This document shows, piece by piece, positions 1-11,293 of a stretch of 64,000 nucleotides of DNA. The notes under the pieces were generated by a model, which was not told the origin of the DNA, did not search any database, and saw nothing but the letters and a program-made list of their open reading frames with translations. The translations under genes and the position numbers were made by a program. Source of the stretch: an uncultured Chloroflexia bacterium (GTDB lineage Bacteria; Chloroflexota; Limnocylindria; QHBO01); assembly GCA_963770875.1 (NCBI GenBank), contig CAVYRE010000006.1, positions 393,619 to 457,618 of the forward strand. The letters are read 5' to 3'. The number at the start of each line of letters is the position of its first letter. Within the stretch, counting starts at the first letter, position 1.

Positions 1-1133
1 GCTCGACCCCGGCGTAGGCGGCCTCGAACTGGGTGGCCTCGACCGGGGCGTCCCACGCGATCCGCCAGGCGAGCGCCCACGCACCCTGTGGCCCCGTCGC
101 GACGGTGAGCCGGTCGCCGCCCCAGCCGGCCGCGGCGGTCGCTGCGGCATGCGGCCGTGCACCCCGATCCCCTCCAGCCAGGTGGAGATCCACGCCTCGC
201 CCATGGTCGAGTCGGTGGCGGTGGTCCAGCCGCCGCCGAGCGCGCCAGGCAGGTCGATCGGCGCGACCGTCATCGGCGCCTCGTGCGAGAGGTACTTGGC
301 GGGGTGCAGCACCTGCTCGCTCGACGCCGGCAGGTCCGCATAGACGGCGTTCACCGCGTCCCAGCCACCGGGGGCATAGAGCTGGCTGACGAACGTCGAG
401 CCCGCCAGGTACGGGTATTCGAGGAGCGTCACCATCCACGCCGGGATGCCGCTCATGTCGGGCAGTGGCGTCTCGGTGATGCCGCTCATCTCCACGGACG
501 ACAGGTGCCCGATCGCCCAGAGCACCATCGCCACGCTGGCGTCGCCCTCCTCCAGCCCGAGCAGCGCCAGCTCGCGATCGTGCTGGCCGGTGACCTGCTT
601 GACCGCCGCGCCCGAGTCGAAGGCCGCGTCCTGGAGGGCATGGGTGTACTCGTGGGCGTAGGTGATCCGCGCCTCCGGCGTCAGCCCCGAGTCGCTCACC
701 ACCACCATTCGCTTGGCGTCGAAGTCGTAGAAGCCGAGCACCTGGGCGTCGTACAGCCGGTTGGTCAGCGCCACGATGTCCTGGTCGGCGCCGAGCAGGC
801 CCATCGCGCGCAGGGTCGCGTTGTCGAGCGGCGGGTCGACCAGGCCGGGCAGGATCTGAGCCAGCTGGGCGCGGGTCACGACCTGCGGAGGACCGATGGT
901 CGCCGCCGGCAGGCCGCGGAGCGTCTGCACCTGCCCCTCGATCTGCGCGAAGACGGTCAGCGGGTCCACCGACGCGGAGGGCGCCGCGGACGGAGTGGCG
1001 GGGAGCGGGGTGGTGCCGACCTGCCCGATCCCGATCGGGACGCCGATCCCCCACGCGCCCACGAGAACAACGATTGCAAGGCTCATGAGGAGGACGACGG
1101 CCGCCGCGAGGCGCCTGGCCGGGGATGGCATCA
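1..1133 (-). CDS. Partial (3' end outside window) putative secreted zinc metallopeptidase. N-terminal signal/TM anchor (MPSPARRLAAAVVLLMSLAIVVLVGA) and an HEYTH (HExxH) motif. A possible frameshift lies near the window start.
   Basis: Reverse-strand translation from ATG at 1133 gives a hydrophobic N-terminus, a Pro/Ala-rich linker and '...ITYAHEYTHALQD...'. The frame appears to break around nt 150-200. It is missing from the ORF track because it runs off the window. Confidence 0.5.
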
Positions 1134-1325
1134 GGGGCATTGTCGCACCCGTCGCCGGGGCGCCCAAAGGTTCAGGTTTCTTAAGCCAAGCCCCGCTTTG
1201 GGATTCACCCGGTGCCCGTAGGGTTCACGGTGCGAGCTGGAAACCAACGGGTTTCTGTCTCCACCCTCCCTCCTTCGAGCCCCGGTGTCATTGGGCGGGC
1301 ACCGGGGCTCGTGCTTTCTCCTACC

Positions 1326-1979
1326 ATGGCCAGACCGATGGAGATCACCTGGTACGGGCGCGCCTGCTTCCGCCTCAAGGGCCGCGAGGCGACGGCCATC
1401 ACCGACCCGTGCCCGCCCTCGACCGGGTTCGTGGCGGGCAAGCACGACGTCGACCTCCTCACGATCTCCCACGCACACGCGGATCACGCGTACACCCGCT
1501 CGATCACCGCCGACCTGACCCTGACCCGCCCCGGCGAGTACGAGCATCGCAACCTGCTGGTGACCGGGGTGCGCTCCTTCCACGACGGGGTGCGCGGCGC
1601 GGAGCGCGGCGAGAACGTGATCTTCGCCGTCGAGATCGACGGGGTGCACGTCTGCCACCTCGGCGACCTGGGCCACCTGCTCACCGAGGAGGAGCTGGCC
1701 GAGCTGGGACCGATCGACGTCCTCCTGGTGCCGGCCGGGGGCAACTTCACGATCAGTCCCGCCGAGGCGGCCGAGGTGGTGGCGCAGATCAGCCCCAAGA
1801 TCGTGATCCCGATGCACTTCGCCATCGACGGCGCCTCCGCCGATCTGCTCGGCCCCGAGCGGTTCCTCCACGAGATGGCGGTGAGCGAGCCGATCCGCCA
1901 GCCGAAGGCGGTGGTGAACGCCACCTCGCTCCCCGAGGAGACGCAGGTGGTCCTCCTCGAGGCGCGCGGCCGAACCTGA
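1326..1979 (+). CDS. MBL-fold metal-dependent hydrolase (UPF0173-like).
   Basis: 217 aa, 'MARPMEITWYGRACFRLKG...LLTISHAHADHA...HVCHLGDLGH' has beta-lactamase-fold metal-binding His/Asp motifs. The start is an internal ATG of ORF 1212..1979. Confidence 0.8.
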   Translation: MARPMEITWYGRACFRLKGREATAITDPCPPSTGFVAGKHDVDLLTISHAHADHAYTRSITADLTLTRPGEYEHRNLLVTGVRSFHDGVRGAERGENVIFAVEIDGVHVCHLGDLGHLLTEEELAELGPIDVLLVPAGGNFTISPAEAAEVVAQISPKIVIPMHFAIDGASADLLGPERFLHEMAVSEPIRQPKAVVNATSLPEETQVVLLEARGRT

Positions 1980-2156
1980 GGAGTAGTCCGCAAGCACCGT
2001 TGCGCCCGAGCAACAGGGAGGGACGCAGACCTCACCGAAGCGGACTGGAGCGCACAGCGAGGCTGGGACTCGAGTACTAGGCAGGGCCGGTACCAGCGGT
2101 GTACGCTGCGGCATCGCGAAAAAGCCCATCGCGCACTCATACGAGGGATCCGATCG

Positions 2157-2921
2157 ATGCACCACAGAGCGTTTCGGAAGCGGTCGCTGGCGGTCGTCGC
2201 GGCCGCGACCCTGATCCTGGCCGCGGCAGCGACCGTCCTTGCCGACGCCCCGAACCCCGACCCCGCGGTCACGGCCCAGGTCAGCGGCCTGACCGTAACG
2301 CTCAGCGGCACCTGGCAGTGGACCCGCAACTGCGACTCCGGGATGCTGAACCAGGGCCACAACGGAGCCGACGGACCCCGTGACGTGGGCGTCGCCGTCG
2401 ATTGGAATGACCCGAGCGCGGCAGGCAACGAGGTCGTGACCGGCATCGAAGTCGGGACGCCGAGCGACAACCTGGTTCACCTTCGCGCCGCGGACAAGCA
2501 GGGCACCTGCAGCGGTGGCGACATCTCCAGCGGCGACTGGGGCCCCATCAGCCACACGTACGCCGAGGCCGGGTCGTACACGATGTGCGCGGTGGTCTAC
2601 GACGTCCGCCTCGCCGAGACGCCCTCGTCTGGTCACCTCTCGCTGGTTGCGGGCGGGACCGGCCACAACGACGACAACTCGGCGGAGGAGAACTCCTTCG
2701 AGACCGGCGTCCAGTGCGTGAGCACGACCGTCGAGGTCGCCCCCACTCCGCAGCAGTCGGTCAAGGCAGGCACGGGGACCCCGGCGCAGACCCAGGTCGA
2801 CACGGCGCTTTCGCAGCGTGGCAGCAACCCGCTGCCGACCATCCTGTTCAGCCTCATCCTGCTGGCGTCGCTCGCGACGCTCGCCTACCGGAACGTGCAA
2901 ACGGTCCGAAGCCGCAACTAG
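2157..2921 (+). CDS. Secreted/cell-surface protein with an N-terminal signal peptide and a C-terminal hydrophobic anchor plus basic tail.
   Basis: 254 aa. N-terminus 'MHHRAFRKRSLAVVAAATLILAAAATVLA'; C-terminus 'NPLPTILFSLILLASLATLAYRNVQTVRSRN'; 4 Cys. I recognise no family. Confidence 0.6.
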   Translation: MHHRAFRKRSLAVVAAATLILAAAATVLADAPNPDPAVTAQVSGLTVTLSGTWQWTRNCDSGMLNQGHNGADGPRDVGVAVDWNDPSAAGNEVVTGIEVGTPSDNLVHLRAADKQGTCSGGDISSGDWGPISHTYAEAGSYTMCAVVYDVRLAETPSSGHLSLVAGGTGHNDDNSAEENSFETGVQCVSTTVEVAPTPQQSVKAGTGTPAQTQVDTALSQRGSNPLPTILFSLILLASLATLAYRNVQTVRSRN

Positions 2922-2955
2922 CGGCGAACCCGGTGAAAGCCGGCTGTGCGAACGG

Positions 2956-2983
2956 AACAGCCCCCGGGAGACCGGGGGCTGTT
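2956..2983. terminator. Perfect 12-bp stem / 4-nt loop hairpin between convergent genes; a bidirectional intrinsic-terminator candidate.
   Basis: aacagcccccgg-gaga-ccgggggctgtt sits between the stop of the 2157..2921 gene and the kbl stop at 2988. Confidence 0.45.
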
Positions 2984-2987
2984 CACG

Positions 2988-4213
<1,226 letters not shown>

Positions 4214-4217
<4 letters not shown>

Positions 4218-5267
4218 GGCAGGAGAACCACCTTTCCGGCGTGACGGGAGGCGAGCAGGTCGAAGCCCCGCTCCCAGTCGGCGAGGTCGAAGCGATGGGT
4301 GATGATCGGCGTCACGTCCAGGGCGCCGGAGCGCAGCAGCGACTGCGTCCGCTCCCAGGTGTCGTAGATGCGCCGGCCGTAGATGCCGTAGATGCGAAGC
4401 CCCTTCTGAATGACGAAGTCGGAGAGGTCGACGCGCACCGGCTCCCCGAAGATGCCGAGCAGGCTGATCCGGCCGCCGCGCGTGATCGCCGCCAGCGCCT
4501 GGTCGAGGGCGGCCTGGGCGCCGCTCATTTCGAGCACCACCTCGACCCCATCGCCGCCGGTCGCCTCGAGGATCGCCGGGACGGTGGCCGGGTCGCGCGC
4601 GTCGAACGCCAGCTGCGCACCCATCCCGCGCGCCAGCTCGAGGCGGTAGTCCTCGGTGTCGGTGGCGATCACCAGCGACGCGCCCGCCGCCTTCGCGATC
4701 CCCACCGAGCAGAGGCCGATCGGTCCACACCCGGTGACGAGCACCGTCTTCCCGTCGAGCGGCTCGGCGTACGCGGCGTGCACGGCGTTGCCCATCGGCT
4801 CCTGGAGCGCGACGACCGCCGGCTCCAGCCCGTTGCTCTCGATGGCGTTCTCCTGGGGGATCACCACGTACTCCGCGAAGCCACCGTCGACGTGCGCGCC
4901 GATCACCTTCAGGTTGCGGCACAGGTGCCGATCCCCCCGCCGGCACTGGGCGCAGGTGCCGTCGACGATGTGGCTCTCGACGCCGACCAGGTCGCCCTCC
5001 GCGGACCCGCGTCACGCCGGCGCCGGTGGCGATGACGCGGCCCGCCAGCTCGTGGCCCAGGATCAGCGGGGGCTTCACGATCTCGGCCGCCCATGGGTCC
5101 CAGCGGAAGAGGTGCAGGTCCGTGCCGCAGATCGAGGCCGCCTCCATCTTGAGCAGCACCTCGCCCGGGCCGGGCACCGGCACCGGGCGCTGGACCAGCT
5201 CCAGGCCGGGCTCGGGGCGCGTCTTGGCGAGCGCCCGCATGGTCCGTGCCGGGGCGGCGATGGTCAT
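4214..5267 (-). CDS. tdh: L-threonine 3-dehydrogenase (zinc-dependent MDR family), with one apparent frameshift near nt 4995-5005.
   Basis: N-terminal part '[54 protein letters not shown]...GHELAGRV' (in frame with kbl). C-terminal part in ORF 4214..4906 ('[15 protein letters not shown]...TGCGPIGL...'). The middle '[29 protein letters not shown]' sits in a third reading context, so a single-base indel is implied. Confidence 0.85.
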
Positions 5268-6176
5268 CGGGCCAGCTCCATCAGCTCGGCCACGCCCGCG
5301 GCGGTGGCGTGATCCGCGGCGCGTGGCAGCTCGTCGACGATCGTGTTCTCGAGCGCGCCGATCCCCTCGATCTCGCAGCGCAGTCGGTCGCCGTCGTGCA
5401 GGTAGCGCGGCGGATGCTGGAAGTGGCCGACCCCCGCCGGCGTCCCCGTGGCGATGATGTCGCCCGGCTCCAGGGTGATCGTCCGCGAGGCGAAGGCGAT
5501 GATCGTCGCCACGTCGAAGATCATCTCGGCCGTGCTCGAGTCCTGCCACGCCTCGCCGTTCACCGACGAGCGGAGCGCCAGGTGCGACGCGTCGACCAGC
5601 TCGTCGGCGGTGACGACCACCGGGCCGATCGGCGCGAAGCCGTCCGACCCCTTGGCCCGGAGCCAGCGCCGATCCTCGCGCTGGAGGTCGCGCATCGTGA
5701 TGTCGTTGAGGATCGTGTAGCCGAAGACGTGGTCGAGGCGCCTCGTCGCGACCGATGTGGCTGGCGCGCCGCCCGATCACCACGGCCAGCTCGCACTCCA
5801 GGTCGAGCTGCTCGGTGGCGCGCGGCCGGACGATCGCCTGCCCCGGGTCGGCGATGGCGTTGGCGAACTTGGCGAAGAGCGGTGGGTACGCCGGCGGCTC
5901 GACCTCCTGCTCGCGACAGTGGTCGTGGTAGTTGAGCCCGACGCAGATGACCTTCCCTGGGCGCGCAACGGGCGCGCGGAGCGTGACGGTTTCCGGGTCG
6001 ATCAGGTCGCCGCCGTCGGCCTCCTCGAGCGACGCGCCAGAGGCGAGCAGCTCGCCGACGTCGCGAGCTCCGGTGGCCGCGGTCAGGTCACGGATCGCGC
6101 CACCGGTGAGGAGGCCGAGCCGCGACCCGGTCGAGGTCGGGGCGGCGTCGCGCGGCGCGTAGGCCAGCAGCTTCAC
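5264..6176 (-). CDS. Fumarylacetoacetate hydrolase (FAH) family protein, with an apparent +1 frameshift near nt 5718.
   Basis: N-terminus 'MKLLAYAP...[17 protein letters not shown]...[20 protein letters not shown]'. C-terminal part in ORF 5264..5695 ('[25 protein letters not shown]...GTPAGVG'). The join '[14 protein letters not shown]' is only recovered after removing one C. Its stop overlaps the tdh ATG. Confidence 0.8.
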
Positions 6177-6207
6177 GGGGCCAGTATAGGAGCGCCCGGG
6201 CGGTGCC

Positions 6208-6645
6208 TCAGTCCTCGGAGAAGTAGGCGCGCGAGGCGGGTCGGAGCAGCCACACGACGAGCACGACCGTGATCGCGAGGCCGAGCGGGATGAAGAGCGC
6301 CTGCCAGCCGGCGGCAGACTCTGGAGGGAAGTCGAGCAGCACCGGCGGCAGCCCCGCCAGGATCGGCGCCGCCAGCACCGCGATCCCGATCGCGAAGCGG
6401 AGGCCGATCTTCTTGCGCTGCATCGCGACGGTGATCCCGAAGAGGAGGACCGCCAGCTCGAACATCATGAAGATGCCGAGCAGGCTGAACGGCGCCTTGG
6501 CGCTGAAGTCGACGAACTCGATGATCTGCGGCAGGAAGATGCCCGTGATCGCCAGCAGCGCGAAGGCCCAGGCGAACCAGAGGCGCACGCCCCACGGGAT
6601 CGGGCCGTGCGGCGACTCGCCGGGGAGCGGGGCGGGATCAGGCAT
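6208..6645 (-). CDS. Small integral membrane protein (hypothetical).
   Basis: 145 aa with 3-4 predicted TM helices ('[17 protein letters not shown]', '[23 protein letters not shown]', '[14 protein letters not shown]'). Confidence 0.55.
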   Translation of the reverse strand: MPDPAPLPGESPHGPIPWGVRLWFAWAFALLAITGIFLPQIIEFVDFSAKAPFSLLGIFMMFELAVLLFGITVAMQRKKIGLRFAIGIAVLAAPILAGLPPVLLDFPPESAAGWQALFIPLGLAITVVLVVWLLRPASRAYFSED

Positions 6646-6722
6646 CGGCGGGATCGTAGCAGGCAGTCAGCGCACCTTCGGACCGGCGCGCGGGCGCTGG
6701 ATCCCACCCTGCCGAATGACCC

Positions 6723-6772
6723 TTGACAGGACGGATTCTCGCTCCCTATCCTGCGATGGCTAAACCGGTTCA
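6723..6772 (+). promoter_or_regulatory. Sigma70-like promoter (TTGACA-N18-TATCCT) followed by an imperfect palindrome 'taaaccggttca'. This is a candidate LacI-family operator upstream of the LacI/maltodextrin operon.
   Basis: ttgaca at 6723-6728, tatcct at 6747-6752, CG-centred palindrome at 6761-6772, GGAGGAG RBS at 6795-6804, GTG start at 6806. Confidence 0.3.
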
Positions 6773-6805
6773 CTAAATCGGTGAGGCGCACCCGAAGGAG
6801 GAGCG

Positions 6806-7867
6806 GTGGCGCGACCCCGCATCGGCGACGTGGCAGAACGGGCCGGCGTCAGCAAGACGGCTGTGTCGTTTGCCTTCAACCAGCCGGAGCACCTCAACAC
6901 CGCGACGCGCGCGCGCATCCTGGCTGCCGCCGACGAGCTCGGCTATCGCCCCTCTCCGATCGCGCGCCGGCTCGCGAGTCGGCGCACCCAGCAGATCGGA
7001 CTCCTCGTGCCGCAGAGCACCCATGACATCTTTGCCAACCCCTTCCTGCCCGAGCTGATCCGCGGCATCGGCGACGTGTGCGACGCGGAAGGCATCGCCC
7101 TGGTGCTGGTCGCGCCGGTGCACGGCTCGATTGCCACGGCGATCAAGGACGCCCTGGTGGATGGACTCATCCTCCTCGGCCTCGAGGCGGATCACCCCGA
7201 GCTGGCGCAACTTGGCCGCTCGGAGCTGCCGGTCGTGGCGCTCGACGTCGAAGAGTGGGAGGGCGTCTCGATCATCGCCATCGACGATGCGGCCGGCACG
7301 CGCAGCGCGGCGATCCACCTGGCCGAGCTGGGCCATCGACAGGTGGCCGTGGTCCTGATCGCACAGCACCCCGACACGCCCGTTGACGAGCGCCACGGCA
7401 TCTCGGCCCGCCGCCTGGCGGGGATTCGGACCGGCTTCGCCGCGGCCGGGGCGAGCGACGTCGAGCTGCGGATCCTGTCGGCGCCGGTCTCCGAAGAGGG
7501 CGGCCGTGCGGCCTTCGATGCGCTCGCCATGGCATCGCTGCCGACCGCGGTCATCACCCTGAGCGACGTCACCGCCATCGGGCTCATGCTCGCCGCCGTC
7601 GACGCTGGCTTGCACCTTCCCGAAGACCTGTCGGTCATCGGCTTCGACGACATTCCCGCGGCCTCCTGGGTGACACCGCGACTGACCACCGTCCATCAGC
7701 CGATCCGCGAGAAGGGGCGGCTCGCGGCACTTCGACTGATCGACGCCATCGGCTCCGGGGAGACCCGACTTCACTCCCGCGAGACGCTTCCCACTCGCCT
7801 CACCGTGCGCGGGTCGACCGCGCGACCAAGAACAGATGACCAGCTGCCCGTGGCAGAGATCGCATGA
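6806..7867 (+). CDS. LacI-family transcriptional regulator.
   Basis: 353 aa, GTG start after a GAAGGAGGAG RBS. N-terminal HTH 'IGDVAERAGVSKTAVSFAFN' plus a periplasmic-binding-protein-like sugar-binding core. Confidence 0.9.
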   Translation: MARPRIGDVAERAGVSKTAVSFAFNQPEHLNTATRARILAAADELGYRPSPIARRLASRRTQQIGLLVPQSTHDIFANPFLPELIRGIGDVCDAEGIALVLVAPVHGSIATAIKDALVDGLILLGLEADHPELAQLGRSELPVVALDVEEWEGVSIIAIDDAAGTRSAAIHLAELGHRQVAVVLIAQHPDTPVDERHGISARRLAGIRTGFAAAGASDVELRILSAPVSEEGGRAAFDALAMASLPTAVITLSDVTAIGLMLAAVDAGLHLPEDLSVIGFDDIPAASWVTPRLTTVHQPIREKGRLAALRLIDAIGSGETRLHSRETLPTRLTVRGSTARPRTDDQLPVAEIA

Positions 7868-7934
7868 GGAGGTGCCGCTGAGCACTACACCGTCCCAGGG
7901 ACCGGAACCATCCAGTCGTACGAGGTCTTTCCCA

Positions 7935-9245
7935 ATGTCCGTTTCACGCCTTACCAAGTTCCTGCCGCTGGCCACGGTCGCTGCGCTCGTGCTCGCGGCC
8001 TGCAGCCAGGGTGCCTCGCCTTCGGCGAACCCGGGGTCATCCGGAGCGGCATCTGCCGCGCCGTCGGCCGCGGCGTACCCGACCGGCAATATCTCGGTCG
8101 CGTTGTGGACCAAAGAGGGCGACCCGCAGATCGCCTTCGTCCAGAAGCTGACCGACGACTACCACAAGCTCCACCCCAACGTGACGTTCTACGTCACCAA
8201 CAAGGACGTCGAGGTCCTCCGCGAGGACATGGTCAACACGGCTCTCGCCCCGCAGACGCAGCCGGAGCTGCTCTGGACGGTGCTCGACCACGTTGGACCA
8301 TTCGTTGAGGCCGGAGTCATTCAGCCCCTCGACGGCAAGTTCGACGACAGCGTCCTCGCCGACGCAGCCAAGGGCTCGGGAACGTTTACCGACCCGGCGT
8401 CCGGCGAGACCCACGTCTGGGTTGCCCCGATCTCGATCGGCAACCAGCTGATGCTGTACTACAACAAGTCGAAGGTCGCCTCGGCTCCTGCCGACAGCGA
8501 TGCCATGGTCGCGGCTGCCAAGACGAACACCGCCGGGACCAACTACGGCCTGGTCTTCAACCAGACCGAGTCGTTCTGGCTGGTGCCCTTCCTCGGCGGC
8601 TTCGGTGGATCGGTCTTCGCCGCGGACGGCGTGACTCCGACCCTCGACACCCCTGAGATGAAGGCCGCGCTGCAGTTCATGCACGACCTCAAGTACACCG
8701 ACAAGGTCATGCCCAAGGAGTGCGACTACAACTGCGCAAGCGACCTGTTCACGACCGGCGCCGCCTCCATGATCGTCAATGGCGACTGGGAGCTGGCCAA
8801 CTACACGACCAAGGTCGGGGCCAACCTCGGCGTTGCCCCGATCCCGAAGATCACGTCGACCGGGAAGTTCCCGGCGCCGTACATCGGCGGCACCTACTAC
8901 ATGGTCCCGAGCTCCGTCACGGGAGACACCCTCACGGTGGTCGAGGACTTCATCAACTACACGCTGGCTGCCGATCAGCAGCGTGCCCAGGTCCAGGCGC
9001 TGAAGCGCCTTCCCTCCAACGCCACCATCCTGGCTGATCCGATCGTCACTGGCGATCCGGGCCTCCAGGGCGCAGGTGACGCCGTCTCCAAGGGCGTGCC
9101 CCAGCCGATCAACGTCGAGATGCGCTGCAACTTCGACGCCATGACGGCGGGTGTTCGCGACATGTTCGGAGGCAACTCCGACATCGCCGGCATCACCAAG
9201 ACCATGCAGACCGCTGCAGAGAACTGTATCGCTACGCTCCAGTAG
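7935..9245 (+). CDS. Sugar ABC transporter substrate-binding lipoprotein (maltose/maltodextrin-type, MalE-like).
   Basis: Start at internal ATG giving 'MSVSRLTKFLPLATVAALVLAACSQ' (lipobox LAAC); ~436 aa in the SBP family 1 fold; gene order SBP-permease-permease. Confidence 0.9.
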   Translation: MSVSRLTKFLPLATVAALVLAACSQGASPSANPGSSGAASAAPSAAAYPTGNISVALWTKEGDPQIAFVQKLTDDYHKLHPNVTFYVTNKDVEVLREDMVNTALAPQTQPELLWTVLDHVGPFVEAGVIQPLDGKFDDSVLADAAKGSGTFTDPASGETHVWVAPISIGNQLMLYYNKSKVASAPADSDAMVAAAKTNTAGTNYGLVFNQTESFWLVPFLGGFGGSVFAADGVTPTLDTPEMKAALQFMHDLKYTDKVMPKECDYNCASDLFTTGAASMIVNGDWELANYTTKVGANLGVAPIPKITSTGKFPAPYIGGTYYMVPSSVTGDTLTVVEDFINYTLAADQQRAQVQALKRLPSNATILADPIVTGDPGLQGAGDAVSKGVPQPINVEMRCNFDAMTAGVRDMFGGNSDIAGITKTMQTAAENCIATLQ

Positions 9246-9255
9246 CGCGCATGAT

Positions 9256-9286
9256 GTGGGGCGGGACCGACACGGCCCCGCCCCAC
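9256..9286 (+). terminator. GC-rich hairpin (10-bp stem gtggggcggg/cccgccccac) between the SBP and permease genes. It may be an intra-operon attenuator or a partial terminator.
   Basis: Inverted repeat seen directly in the 57-nt SBP-permease spacer. Confidence 0.3.
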
Positions 9287-9326
9287 CACCTTCGCTCGTC
9301 CCTTGCCGGCAGTCCAGGGGAGACCG

Positions 9327-10376
9327 ATGAACCTCGATCAGACGCTTGGGGCCGCTCGTGAGGTCGGCATCACCCTCGTTCTCATCGCCGTGGGTGTCGC
9401 TGCGCTCGAGGGCCTCCTTTACCTAATCCTGGTCAGATGGCTGAAGGCGCGGATTGCCGTGCCGCTGATGCTGATCGCCCCCGCCTTCGCCGGGCTCATC
9501 GTCCTGATCGTCTATCCGCTCCTCTGGGAGCTGAACGCCAGCTTCACGAACATGAGCCTGCGGAACTTCTGCAACCCAGGCTTCCCGACCATGGGAATCG
9601 GGGTCCATTGCCGCACGGCGGGCGACATGTTCATCGGCCTCGAGAACTTCCAGCGCGTCTTCACCGCGCCGATCCTCCAGGAGACCGGCTTCCTCCAGCT
9701 GCTCGGACAGACCGTGCTGTGGACCGTCAGCAACGTCACGTTCCACGTGCTCGGCGGGCTGGGACTGGCCCTCCTCCTGCATCGGGCGATGCGGGGCAAG
9801 GGCATCTACCGGGCGCTGATCGTCCTGCCGTGGGCCGTGCCGCAGATCGTCGCCCTCGCCGTGTGGCGCACCGAGCTCCATTCCGAGTTCGGCATGGTCA
9901 ACCAGCTGCTGGCACTGGTCGGGATCCACGGCCCGGCCTGGCTGACGAACCCGTTCTGGAACTTCGTGGCGATGGTCGGGGTCAACGTCTGGCTCGGGAT
10001 CCCCTTCATGATGGTGATCCTGCTGGGAGGCCTGCAGAGCATCCCGACGGACCTCTACGAGGCAGCCGAGGTCGACGGGGCGAGCAGCCGGCAGTCGTTC
10101 CGCCACATCACCCTGCCGCTGCTGCGCCCGGTGATGACCCCGGCCATCATCCTGGGAGTGGTCTGGACCTTCAACAACTTCAACGTGCCGTTCGTCATCA
10201 ACCAGAACGAGCTGGAGACCAGTGACACGCTGGTGACCGGGCTCTTCCGCGCTGCCTTCCAGTACAACCGCTACGGGTTTGCGGCGGCATTCGCCTTCGT
10301 GATCTTCGTGCTGCTGCTGATCTTCGTCATCTTCTACATCCGGCGCAGCGGCGCGCTGAAGGGAGTCACCGAATGA
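9327..10376 (+). CDS. Sugar ABC transporter permease (MalF-like).
   Basis: ATG at 9327 preceded by a GGGGAGA RBS; 6 TM helices; the EAA loop region 'YEAAEVDGASSRQSFRHITLPLLRP'. Confidence 0.9.
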   Translation: MNLDQTLGAAREVGITLVLIAVGVAALEGLLYLILVRWLKARIAVPLMLIAPAFAGLIVLIVYPLLWELNASFTNMSLRNFCNPGFPTMGIGVHCRTAGDMFIGLENFQRVFTAPILQETGFLQLLGQTVLWTVSNVTFHVLGGLGLALLLHRAMRGKGIYRALIVLPWAVPQIVALAVWRTELHSEFGMVNQLLALVGIHGPAWLTNPFWNFVAMVGVNVWLGIPFMMVILLGGLQSIPTDLYEAAEVDGASSRQSFRHITLPLLRPVMTPAIILGVVWTFNNFNVPFVINQNELETSDTLVTGLFRAAFQYNRYGFAAAFAFVIFVLLLIFVIFYIRRSGALKGVTE

Positions 10377-11284
10377 GCGGCATGACCAGCGTCCCGGTCC
10401 CGACCGTGGCCGTGGCGCCGCCGCCTCCGAAGGGGAGCACGGGCGGCGGCCGCACCGACTCGGTTCGCAAGCGGATCGTGATCCACGGCGTCCTCATCCT
10501 CGCGTCGCTGATCGCGGCCTTCCCGGTGCTCCGCGTGATCAGCGTCTCGCTGCGGCCCGAGGATCGGCTCCTGGAACGCAACTTCCAGCTCATCCCGGAC
10601 GGGGCGACGCTCCAGGCCTACGTCCACGTATTGACGGAGACGGACCTGCCGCAGTGGATCTTCAACAGCCTGATCATCACCATCGGCACCTCGATCGTGG
10701 GCCTCATCTTCGCCGCCACGAGCGCCTACGCCTTCTCCCGCTACAAGTTCCCGGGCCGCGGGGTCGGCCTGACCGCCCTGCTCGCCACCCAGCTGATCCC
10801 CGCCACGATGCTGCTGGTCCCGATCTTCATCCTGGCCGTGCAGCTCCAGCTCACCGGAACGTACCGCGGGCTGATGATCGCCTACTCGGTGACGTCGGTC
10901 CCGTTCAGCATCTGGATCCTGAAGGGCTACTACGACACGGTGCCGATCGAGCTGGAAGAGGCGGCCAGGATCGACGGCTGCTCGCAGCTCGAGGCGTTCT
11001 GGCGGATCCTCCTCCCGCTCTCCACGCCGGCGCTGGTGATCGTCTTCCTGTTCAACTTCCTGGCCGCCTGGAACGAGTTCGTGATCGCGCGGGTGATGAT
11101 CGGCTCGACGACGCCCCTCTTCACGTGGCCGCTCGGAATCCTGCGCTTCCAGGCGCAGTTTCAGACGCAATGGGGCGACCTGGCCGCAGCTTCGATCCTG
11201 ATTTCGATCCCGGTGGTCGCCCTCTTCCTCTACTCGTCGAAGTGGCTCATCTCCGGGGTCACCCTCGGCGGCGTCAAGGGCTGA
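10373..11284 (+). CDS. Sugar ABC transporter permease (MalG-like).
   Basis: 303 aa; ATGA overlap with the upstream permease; EAA motif 'EEAARIDGCSQLEAFWRILLPL'. Confidence 0.9.
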   Translation: MSGMTSVPVPTVAVAPPPPKGSTGGGRTDSVRKRIVIHGVLILASLIAAFPVLRVISVSLRPEDRLLERNFQLIPDGATLQAYVHVLTETDLPQWIFNSLIITIGTSIVGLIFAATSAYAFSRYKFPGRGVGLTALLATQLIPATMLLVPIFILAVQLQLTGTYRGLMIAYSVTSVPFSIWILKGYYDTVPIELEEAARIDGCSQLEAFWRILLPLSTPALVIVFLFNFLAAWNEFVIARVMIGSTTPLFTWPLGILRFQAQFQTQWGDLAAASILISIPVVALFLYSSKWLISGVTLGGVKG

Positions 11285-11293
11285 GCGCTGGCC

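Noticed and set aside
157-1221. 354-aa forward ORF and several 60-120-aa ORFs at the window start.
   Set aside because: They are Arg/Gly-rich antisense shadow ORFs, typical of ~70% GC DNA. The coherent protein (signal peptide, HExxH) is on the opposite strand.
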